Under the pieces are notes generated by a model. It was not told where the DNA came from. It did not search any database and was given only the letters and a program-made list of their open reading frames with translations. This document shows positions 18,008 through 25,918 of a DNA stretch of 64,000 bases, piece by piece. The first letter of the stretch is position 1. Every line of letters begins with the position of its first letter. Source of the DNA: Rectinema sp. (GTDB lineage: Bacteria; Spirochaetota; Spirochaetia; Treponematales; Rectinemataceae); NCBI GenBank assembly GCA_035415815.1, contig DAOOGR010000001.1, positions 990 to 64,989 of the forward strand, read 5' to 3'. Both the position numbers and the translations under genes were made by a program.

Positions 18008-21000
18008 ATGACACAGCATACGATGAAAAAAGACAATCTGCAAGCGCTATTCGAAAAGATATCTAAAAATCCAGCATTGGGAAAAATCCAAAAGCTAGTA
18101 GAGCAGGACTCCTTTCCTATTCATATTCAGAATTCGGAGAATTCCTTGCTTGCTCTGTCTCTTGCTTCTTTAGTAAGGCGGACCAAAAGAAAATGCCTTG
18201 TAGTTCTTCCCTCAGATCATGAAACAGAAGAGTTTTCTCAGGATCTCGCACTTACAGGTGTTGATCTTCTAGATTTTCCCTTATGGTTTGGAGCCCCTTA
18301 TAGGGCACTTCCTCCACGTTCTCGCATGTTTAGAGAAAGGGCCTCTGCACTTGCAAGACTTGCAGAAGGCGATTTTGAAATTGCTACTGTTTCAGCGCGC
18401 ACTCTTGCGATTCCAGTTCCACCACCTGAATACACTAGGAATCATATCCTGCCATTGAGAATTGGGGCAGATTTCGAACCCATCGCCATATCGAGCAAAC
18501 TGGCGGAACTTGGATACTTGAGGGTGCCTTCTGTCAGCCTACCAGGCGAATATGCCGTGCGAGGTGAAGTGCTCGATATCTATATGCCTGGATATGAATA
18601 CGCGGTCCGTATCCATTTTGACTATGATCGTATCGAAAGAATAGTCCGCTTCGATCCTGAGACCCAAACAGGGCGTGAGCAGATTACTCAAATCCATGTG
18701 AGACCTCTAAAAGAACTCTTATGGGGTAAGGCTGAGATTGCTCAGCTTCAGAATAATGCTTCAGATTTCGTGCGGACTGATCCTCGTATTAGGCAGATTA
18801 TTGAGAATCTTGACAGTGGAAAAGAAATGCTAGGCGAAGAACTTTGGTTTCCGCTTGCATTTGACAGGATAAATAACCTAATGGATTATCTCGACAATAA
18901 GGCAATGCTTGTGCTAGTAGCCAGCGAACGCATCGATGCAATTTCCGAAACGCTAAGGAAAGAATATGCCTCAATGTATCGGATTGCACTTCGGGAAATG
19001 CTTGTGCCACCGCCGCATAAGATTCATATAAACCTAGATGGACTATCTGCTGTTACCTCGTCTGTGCTGTACTGCCATGCATTGAAAGGAATCGATGGCT
19101 CTGTAGAGCGAATATCTTTGGAAGCAGAGCCACAACACTCTTATTTTGGGAATATAAGGCTCTTCAAAGAAGAGTTGTCTGGTTTCAAAAAAGAAGACTA
19201 TAAGACATGGATAATTGCTTCTACTGAGCCACAGGCAGAACGAATTAGTTCACTCATTCAGGATGATTCTATCATTATATCTACAGGACCTATTTCTGCT
19301 GGTTTTACTATACCATCGCTCAGATTGCGAGTACTCGCCGAGCATGAGCTTTTTGGCAGGCGGAAACATGTGCCTCGCTCTATTGCCAAGACGAAGAGCT
19401 CTGTAATCGAAAGCTTTATAGAACTTACGCCAGGCGATTATGTAGTTCATACAAACTATGGCATAGGCAAGTTCATAGGTATAGAGCGCCTAATAGTCCT
19501 TGGTCTCGAGCGAGATTACATTTGCATCGAGTATGCAGCCGATGAAAAAGTCTTCGTGCCTATCGAACAAGCTAACCTCGTGCAACGATATATCGGCAAT
19601 GAAGGGGAGGCTCCGCATCTCGATTCGGTTGGATCAAAGGTTTGGGAAAACAGAAAAAAAAGAGTCAGCAAATCGGTGGAGGAGCTAGCAGAACGGCTTA
19701 TCAGGATTTACGCTCGTAGAAAATCCGCGCATGGCTTTGCGTTTCCTTCCGATAACGAATGGCAGATCCAATTTGAAGCAACATTCCCATACGAAGAAAC
19801 CGAAGATCAGCTAAAATGTATTGAAGAGGTAAAGCACGATATGGAGAGCCCAAAGCCTATGGATAGATTAGTATGCGGCGATGTGGGCTTTGGTAAGACA
19901 GAGATTGCAATGCGGGCATGTTTCAAGGCCATCACAGCAGGCAAACAGGTTGCATTCCTGGCTCCTACCACGATTTTAGCAGAACAGCATTTCGAGAACT
20001 TTCTCGAGCGAATTGGAGATTTCCCAATAAAAGTAGCATTGCTTTCACGATTGGTCGATAGAAAAACACAGAATTCTATTATCAAGGGATTGGCTGATGG
20101 AAGCATCGACATGGTAATTGGAACTCATAGGATTCTGCAAAATGATGTCCATTTCAAGGATCTAGGGCTGCTTGTCGTCGACGAGGAACAGCGCTTTGGG
20201 GTAAAAGATAAGGAGCGGCTAAAGGAGATGAAAGTCGGAATAGACTGTCTCACTTTGACAGCTACTCCAATTCCTCGTACCCTTCATATGTCGCTCCTCA
20301 AGATTAGAGACATGTCTGTTCTACAGACGCCTCCGCTGGAGAGGCAGCCAATTCAGACTTTTGTAGAGGAATTTTCTCCTGAACTCGTCGCTCGTGCAAT
20401 AAGAAATGAAATAGCTAGAGGTGGTCAGATATTTTATCTCCACAATCGCATAGAGACGCTACCGGAGGTAGAGTACTTTATCCGACAACTCGTCCCTGAA
20501 GCTCTAGTAGAGAGTGCCCACGGAAAGCTCGATGGCAAAGATTTGGAATCGATAATGCATCGCTTTATTCATGGAGCATTCCATGTCCTTGTTTCTACTA
20601 CTATCATAGAGAATGGCATCGATATACCAAATGTCAACACTATAATTATTGATAGATCGGATAGTTATGGTATTTCTCAGCTTTATCAACTGAAAGGCAG
20701 GGTAGGAAGATCCGATAGACAAGCCTATGCCTATCTTCTCTACCCAGATAAAAGGGCTCTCAGCGAAATTGCGATGAAACGACTTCAGATAATATCCGAT
20801 TTTACTGAGCTTGGCTCTGGCTTCAAAATTGCCATGAAGGACCTAGAAGTGCGTGGAGCGGGGAATCTTCTAGGACGCGAGCAATCGGGAAATATCTATG
20901 CGGTTGGCTTCGATTTATATCTAAAATTGCTAGATGAGGCGGTATCTAGGCTTTCTGGCATTGCGGAAGAGGAAGAAGAACCCTATCTTGAACTCGAGTA

Positions 21001-21418
21001 TTCAGGTTTTATACCAGACAGCTATATCTCGGTTCCAATGATCAAAATGGAAATCTATAAGCGTATTGCCTCTATTAGGACACAAGAAGAGATAGATTCT
21101 CTCCATGAGGAACTTGAGGAACGCTTTGGTCCACTCCCAGACGAGGCTCTCTCTCTGCTTTCGCTTGCGGAAATGAGACTGCTATGCAGAAGACTCTCTA
21201 TAGGGCGGCTGCAAGAGCGGGCAGGAATCGTTACCGTAGAGTTTTCAAAGGTTTCGAAGATTTCTGTTGAGAAGATTCTGAGACTCATACGTGAATCTGC
21301 AGGCACAATCCGTCTATCACCAGAAAAACCAAATGCTATTCAGATTCAGACAAGAGCAATTGGCCTAAAGGAGAAAAGTGCCTATCTCAGGGAGCGTCTT
21401 TCCCTTCTAGCCGGTTGA
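18008..21418 (+). CDS. mfd: transcription-repair coupling factor
   Basis: 1136 aa. UvrB-homology N-terminus, RNAP-interaction domain (GDYVVHTNYGIGKF), superfamily-2 helicase motifs GDVGFGKTE and DEEQRFG, and a TRG motif. Confidence 0.95.
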   Translation: MTQHTMKKDNLQALFEKISKNPALGKIQKLVEQDSFPIHIQNSENSLLALSLASLVRRTKRKCLVVLPSDHETEEFSQDLALTGVDLLDFPLWFGAPYRALPPRSRMFRERASALARLAEGDFEIATVSARTLAIPVPPPEYTRNHILPLRIGADFEPIAISSKLAELGYLRVPSVSLPGEYAVRGEVLDIYMPGYEYAVRIHFDYDRIERIVRFDPETQTGREQITQIHVRPLKELLWGKAEIAQLQNNASDFVRTDPRIRQIIENLDSGKEMLGEELWFPLAFDRINNLMDYLDNKAMLVLVASERIDAISETLRKEYASMYRIALREMLVPPPHKIHINLDGLSAVTSSVLYCHALKGIDGSVERISLEAEPQHSYFGNIRLFKEELSGFKKEDYKTWIIASTEPQAERISSLIQDDSIIISTGPISAGFTIPSLRLRVLAEHELFGRRKHVPRSIAKTKSSVIESFIELTPGDYVVHTNYGIGKFIGIERLIVLGLERDYICIEYAADEKVFVPIEQANLVQRYIGNEGEAPHLDSVGSKVWENRKKRVSKSVEELAERLIRIYARRKSAHGFAFPSDNEWQIQFEATFPYEETEDQLKCIEEVKHDMESPKPMDRLVCGDVGFGKTEIAMRACFKAITAGKQVAFLAPTTILAEQHFENFLERIGDFPIKVALLSRLVDRKTQNSIIKGLADGSIDMVIGTHRILQNDVHFKDLGLLVVDEEQRFGVKDKERLKEMKVGIDCLTLTATPIPRTLHMSLLKIRDMSVLQTPPLERQPIQTFVEEFSPELVARAIRNEIARGGQIFYLHNRIETLPEVEYFIRQLVPEALVESAHGKLDGKDLESIMHRFIHGAFHVLVSTTIIENGIDIPNVNTIIIDRSDSYGISQLYQLKGRVGRSDRQAYAYLLYPDKRALSEIAMKRLQIISDFTELGSGFKIAMKDLEVRGAGNLLGREQSGNIYAVGFDLYLKLLDEAVSRLSGIAEEEEEPYLELEYSGFIPDSYISVPMIKMEIYKRIASIRTQEEIDSLHEELEERFGPLPDEALSLLSLAEMRLLCRRLSIGRLQERAGIVTVEFSKVSKISVEKILRLIRESAGTIRLSPEKPNAIQIQTRAIGLKEKSAYLRERLSLLAG

Positions 21419-22200
21419 AGCAGCTTCTTGCCAAGATTCATGGGTAAGCCAAAGCAGAACACAGCTGGTTGTTCTGGCAAGATAAAGGCTTCCTTCCGCC
21501 AAGAAGCAACAGACATCGACCTTATTAGAGGCTGATTGGTTCCTAGATCATATGCAACGCAGAGATAGATATTCTCAGGCAGTGCTTCAATACAAGCCTT
21601 CAATGTCTTTGCATTACGATATGGAGTCTCGATAAAGATTCTTGCTGCTTCATCGTGCATGGCTGCTTTGCCTTCACGAGCCAGCTCTTTTTTAAGCTCT
21701 TCGCTTTGGATTGGCATGTAGCCAAGAAAACAGAATCGTTGGCCATTGAGACCAGAAGCAGCAAGGGCTAGGAGCAAGGAGCTATCGCCTCCAATTGGGA
21801 CAACCCGCAACCGTTCCTCATGTGCTAGATACACAAGCGCTGCGCCTGGATCGGCTATACAAGGAAGCCCTGCCTCAGAAAGGATGGCGCAGTCATAACC
21901 GCTTTTCAGTGCATCAATTGGGGCTTTAAGATCCTGAGCTTCCGAGTGTTCGCTTAAAATAAAAAAATGGACCTTAGAGAATTGCTCAGGCGAAAGCAAT
22001 CTTGATAGAAGACGCTCAGCTGTTTTCTGTGATTCCACTACAAAATATGGAACCTTTCTCATTAAAGTAAGAACATTTGGAGCTATCATATTCATGAGCT
22101 GGCAAGGCATCCAATTTTCAGGTGAATAAGGCCATAAAGGGGCTGGTATAAGATAAAGGGTACTGCTGCTTTTTTCAGTCTCTGACATGATATCTCTCAT
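21382..22200 (-). CDS. tetrapyrrole-methylase-fold SAM-dependent methyltransferase (RsmI-like)
   Basis: 272 aa. LYLIPAPL start and ILSEAGLPCIADPGAALV are typical of the RsmI/YraL fold. The 3' end overlaps the mfd 3' end by 37 nt (convergent). Confidence 0.7.
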   Translation of the reverse strand: MRDIMSETEKSSSTLYLIPAPLWPYSPENWMPCQLMNMIAPNVLTLMRKVPYFVVESQKTAERLLSRLLSPEQFSKVHFFILSEHSEAQDLKAPIDALKSGYDCAILSEAGLPCIADPGAALVYLAHEERLRVVPIGGDSSLLLALAASGLNGQRFCFLGYMPIQSEELKKELAREGKAAMHDEAARIFIETPYRNAKTLKACIEALPENIYLCVAYDLGTNQPLIRSMSVASWRKEAFILPEQPAVFCFGLPMNLGKKLLQPARRERRSLR

Positions 22201-22211
22201 TTAGTCTTTAG

Positions 22212-23048
22212 CTATAATATACTTGATCGTTGAAGGTTATCGAGTGCTTGGGATATTAATGGTACGAAAAGCTCTGTATTCCAAAAGTTAGTACGAAGAA
22301 GACTTTCGCTATACATTCTAAGGGCAGACTGAAAAACGCGTTCTGTCAAAGGATAGGGAGAAGAGACAATTTTCTGTTCAGCATCATAGTCTCGGTATGC
22401 ACGCTGTCCAGCTATAACTAACTTAAAGTTAGAAATCGAGTTTCGTTCGATGGAACATGCAGAAACCAAGTATGCGCCATCTCCATCCGGGAAAATCCCT
22501 CCACCAGTCCTCCTAATAAAAAGGTAATCGATAGATTGAAGCGGGATTCGAATTCTTGTAAGTATTCTTCTCGACTCCAGAGTCGGCAAGCCCTCTTCAT
22601 TAGTCAGGTACCAGATATTTTTGATGCTTGTTCCTGATGGCCCTTTGAACTCCAGTTCCGTATCTAGGCATGCCAATAGAGGCCATAGAGCAAGGAATCT
22701 CTTTTGATACATAAGATGCCCGCCAATCGTTGCAATGTTGCGTACCGCGGAGTTTGCCGTTGCTCGCAGGACTTCTCTGGCAGGATTCTTTTCGAAGGGA
22801 TATACGGATTCGAGCTCGCTTAGAGAACATGCTGCCCCGAAAGATATCATACGTTCAGTTTTATGGATGGTTTTTAGTTCAGGTACATTTCTGATACACG
22901 CGATAGAAGGCTCGAAAGATAGATAGCGTGGTTCTTGAATATATCCGAAGCTTGTTGCGCCAGCTACTATCTGTATATTCTTTTGTCTCTCCATGATGAC
23001 TATGAGTTCTTGAACACTATGCGGGTAGTAGATTTCGCTAAGGTTCAT
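22212..23048 (-). CDS. molybdenum-hydroxylase-family FAD-binding (medium) subunit-like protein
   Basis: 278 aa. IVAGATSFG corresponds to the AGGTDL motif and VRNIATIGGHL to the VRNxGTIGGNL motif of CoxM/XdhB-type subunits. Confidence 0.8.
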   Translation of the reverse strand: MNLSEIYYPHSVQELIVIMERQKNIQIVAGATSFGYIQEPRYLSFEPSIACIRNVPELKTIHKTERMISFGAACSLSELESVYPFEKNPAREVLRATANSAVRNIATIGGHLMYQKRFLALWPLLACLDTELEFKGPSGTSIKNIWYLTNEEGLPTLESRRILTRIRIPLQSIDYLFIRRTGGGIFPDGDGAYLVSACSIERNSISNFKLVIAGQRAYRDYDAEQKIVSSPYPLTERVFQSALRMYSESLLRTNFWNTELFVPLISQALDNLQRSSIL

Positions 23049-23527
23049 GGCAATTTTCTCGCTATAGCCAATTGTTGTATTAATTTTAATAGTGTATTAG
23101 CAAAGGCTCTAGGATCAATACATTGGCAATGCAAGCTAGCCAGGATGTCTGATATTTCATACAACGAAGGAGTCAAGGATCTATGGACCAACTCCATTGC
23201 TACAAGCATCAGCGAATTGTTGCAGTAAGTGCAGGACAATAGACCTTCCTTTTCGAGCTCTGCAGATAGAAGGTCATATTCCTTGCTCTTAGCAAAATAT
23301 TCGATTGTTTCTACATGCTGTTCCCGCAGAAGGAAGGCAGGCAGAATATAGCTGCATACAGGTTTGCCATCATATAGAATAAGGCAATTGCTGCAATCCC
23401 TATCAGGACTGATCTCAGAGAAACTTTTTATGCCACATTGATTAATAAGCACATCGAAAGCTCTCTCGACGCTAGTGATTGTGATTCTCTGCAAATTGCC
23501 ATTCAAAGTAAATTCAATGTTCATCAT
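23045..23527 (-). CDS. molybdenum-hydroxylase-family [2Fe-2S] (small) subunit-like protein
   Basis: 160 aa. IEFTLNGNLQ start, then DCSNCLILYDGKPVC, SCTYC and CQC at the positions of the two 2Fe-2S cysteine clusters. ATGA overlap with the downstream gene. Confidence 0.75.
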   Translation of the reverse strand: MMNIEFTLNGNLQRITITSVERAFDVLINQCGIKSFSEISPDRDCSNCLILYDGKPVCSYILPAFLLREQHVETIEYFAKSKEYDLLSAELEKEGLLSCTYCNNSLMLVAMELVHRSLTPSLYEISDILASLHCQCIDPRAFANTLLKLIQQLAIARKLP

Positions 23528-25265
23528 CTTTCTCCAAAAGCTCTGTAGAGGATATAGCAGTAGGGGTAGGCCTAAGAGGCAATATAAGCCTTTCCGAGCT
23601 ATTCAATTGCTGCATCACCTCGAGAAAGCATGATAGTACAAGAGTATATGCGAGATCTCCTATAGGGAGCGTAGAATTTACCGTTTCATCTTTCACAAGT
23701 TCTATATTGATTCTGCTTTCGGAAATTATCCATTCATATATATCATTTATATCTATATCCGGATAAAAGCTTCGTCTAATACATGAAAGGAGAGCCTCGA
23801 TACTTGCAGAGCGAATTGCGCCTTTTGTCTTGAACGGGCAGAGGATTTTACCGGCATAAATCGATATATCTAGACGAATATTGCGGAAGATCGATCTGAG
23901 GCTATCATAATCGACCTCGAGGATTGCAGCTCCTTGCGCTAGATCGGTAATCATCGAAATGGAAGACGAGTCGATATGGCTCTGATCAGCGATAGAGAGA
24001 GAAATAGCTCGTATTCTAGCTTCTCTTGCCCCACGGGTTCTTTTATGAATTTGCTCGTATGCTGCGTATTTTCTATGAAAATCCGTATGTTCCAATAATG
24101 GTTTTACAATTTTTTCCGTAGAAGATTCATTTTTGGCAGGCATCTTGGTTATAGCTGAATACGAATCTCTTTTACCCAAGGTAATACACAATAATTCTAG
24201 AAACTCTAAATCCATTTTTCTTGCAGCACGAGCAATATGAGTCTCGAGCATGCTAAATATCGCTGACGAAGAAATACAGTCTATGGCTCCCATAGGAATC
24301 GTGTTGGTTCTTACCGCAAAGCCAATAATTGTTAAAGGAATGTTAGGTATAGCATCGGCAACAAGATGCACAGTCTTTTCTAATATAAGCTCATCTAATA
24401 CAGAATAGGCTCCAATAGGAATCGCAAAGCGGCATTCAATATTCATAAGGTTATGTTTGTATTGTGACCACTTTGTTCTCATATGAAGAGATATACCATG
24501 CACACAAGGAAGGAATCGTTTTTCTCGTTGAATTGATATAAGGAGCTTTACAGGCCTTTTCAAAGCCCGAGCAGCTGCTGCGCTTCTGGCTCCAAGCAAA
24601 GAAGGGTACCAGAAATATATGCCAGAATTGTCATACATCTTAGATTGCAGGATTTCGATATTCTCAATCGAGGAACCAATTAGCTCTGCAATACATGAAT
24701 GTAAAAGCTCAGGCCATAGTGTAGGGCATGCTAGTTTAAGTCTATCATCTTGCCATTCTGCTAAAGCACCTAAGCCGCTATGAAAGCTAAATTCACGGGG
24801 CTCCAAACGCAAATAGGAAGCCAGTTCAAAGCTATCTTCAGCCCCTGAGGATTCGGGGGATTCGGAAGATACCATTGCATTTTCTTTAGAATAATCAATT
24901 CGGGCTGAAATATCTGAAGATGAAAATACCTGCCAGTCTAGTCTGGATTCCTGTCCTTCGCAATCAACTATTGTCTTCAATGCAAGCTCTTCCGCAATTA
25001 GTGGATCCGGACCTACGATGAGACCAACTGCCTCTCCTATATAGGAGACTTTTTTTGAGGCTAACAATGGCAGGCTTATGCCCTTGATTTTTAGCTCATT
25101 TCTAAATGGCAACTGATCAGCGGTGATAAGAGTATAGCCCTCTGGCAAAGGAGGGACTTTGATGTTTTGAATCTCTCCAATATTCGAAAGCGCTCTTATA
25201 TTAAAGGCATATAGCATGCCTGGCGCCGAGAGCTGTTCAAATGGAATACACTCATTTATTGTCAT
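23514..25265 (-). CDS. molybdenum-hydroxylase-family large-subunit-like protein (short, divergent)
   Basis: a/b-hammerhead-like N-terminus (PGMLYAFNIRALSNIGEIQNIKV...VSYIGEAVGLIVGPDP) and RPVKLLISIQRE, the equivalent of the RPVKL segment. The first ATG is at 25265; the track start at 25316 is TTG. Confidence 0.7.
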   Translation of the reverse strand: MTINECIPFEQLSAPGMLYAFNIRALSNIGEIQNIKVPPLPEGYTLITADQLPFRNELKIKGISLPLLASKKVSYIGEAVGLIVGPDPLIAEELALKTIVDCEGQESRLDWQVFSSSDISARIDYSKENAMVSSESPESSGAEDSFELASYLRLEPREFSFHSGLGALAEWQDDRLKLACPTLWPELLHSCIAELIGSSIENIEILQSKMYDNSGIYFWYPSLLGARSAAAARALKRPVKLLISIQREKRFLPCVHGISLHMRTKWSQYKHNLMNIECRFAIPIGAYSVLDELILEKTVHLVADAIPNIPLTIIGFAVRTNTIPMGAIDCISSSAIFSMLETHIARAARKMDLEFLELLCITLGKRDSYSAITKMPAKNESSTEKIVKPLLEHTDFHRKYAAYEQIHKRTRGAREARIRAISLSIADQSHIDSSSISMITDLAQGAAILEVDYDSLRSIFRNIRLDISIYAGKILCPFKTKGAIRSASIEALLSCIRRSFYPDIDINDIYEWIISESRINIELVKDETVNSTLPIGDLAYTLVLSCFLEVMQQLNSSERLILPLRPTPTAISSTELLEKDDEH

Positions 25266-25806
25266 AATAAATGCCTTGTGGTGCAGTTTCGGCAGTATCA
25301 GCTTCCATGACTTCAAATGCCAAATCGAGAATTATTACAGATTCTGCTATATCAAGCTTTACTTTTGCACGGCGTTTTCTCTTATTGACCTTTATAATAA
25401 AGCCTTCGATGCCTTGTAAGGGTCCCTCGATTACTTTTATTTTCTGATTTTCGTCGAATCTTACAAGCGATGGAGGAATCAAGCTTCCAAAATTTATGAA
25501 ATGGCGAATAATTTCGCTATCGCGATTATTAAGTGGTTGCGGAGCCTCGTTGTTTGGCAGGAATCGTATGAAGAATTGAGAATGTCTTAATCTGTATATG
25601 GTCTCTAGTGGCAGAGATTCTCCATTATACTCGAAAAATATATAGCCAGGAAAAACTGGTGAATTCTCGAGCTTGGTTTTTCCTCTTTTTCTTATATACA
25701 TTTTTTTCATTATATTATGGAATTTTAGATTTGTTACCTGGTGCTGAATTCGCTCAAGCCATTCGTCTTCCTTGCGTGTTGTCACCTGGATTGCATAAAA
25801 ACGCAT
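25252..25806 (-). CDS. specialised NusG-family paralogue (NGN + KOW)
   Basis: 184 aa. MRFYAIQVTTRKEDEW, VFPGYIFFEY, and the KOW segment IKVIEGPLQGIEGFIIKVNKRKRRAKVKL. Not in a secE-nusG-rplK context. Overlaps the next gene by 14 nt. Confidence 0.8.
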   Translation of the reverse strand: MRFYAIQVTTRKEDEWLERIQHQVTNLKFHNIMKKMYIRKRGKTKLENSPVFPGYIFFEYNGESLPLETIYRLRHSQFFIRFLPNNEAPQPLNNRDSEIIRHFINFGSLIPPSLVRFDENQKIKVIEGPLQGIEGFIIKVNKRKRRAKVKLDIAESVIILDLAFEVMEADTAETAPQGIYYDNK

Positions 25807-25883
25807 GCCAATAGAATAGCATATCCTAAATATCGAGTCAGTATTATTTAGAGAAATGGAATATAATTTTACCTAACAGTAAT

Positions 25884-25912
25884 TTGACAGGCTTTCTTTG
25901 GATGATTAGTAT
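25884..25912 (+). promoter_or_regulatory. candidate ligA promoter (leaderless geometry)
   Basis: TTGACA (25884..25889), a 17-nt spacer, then TAGTAT (25907..25912), followed by 6 nt and the ligA ATG at 25919. No SD. Confidence 0.45.
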
Positions 25913-25918
25913 AAGAGC

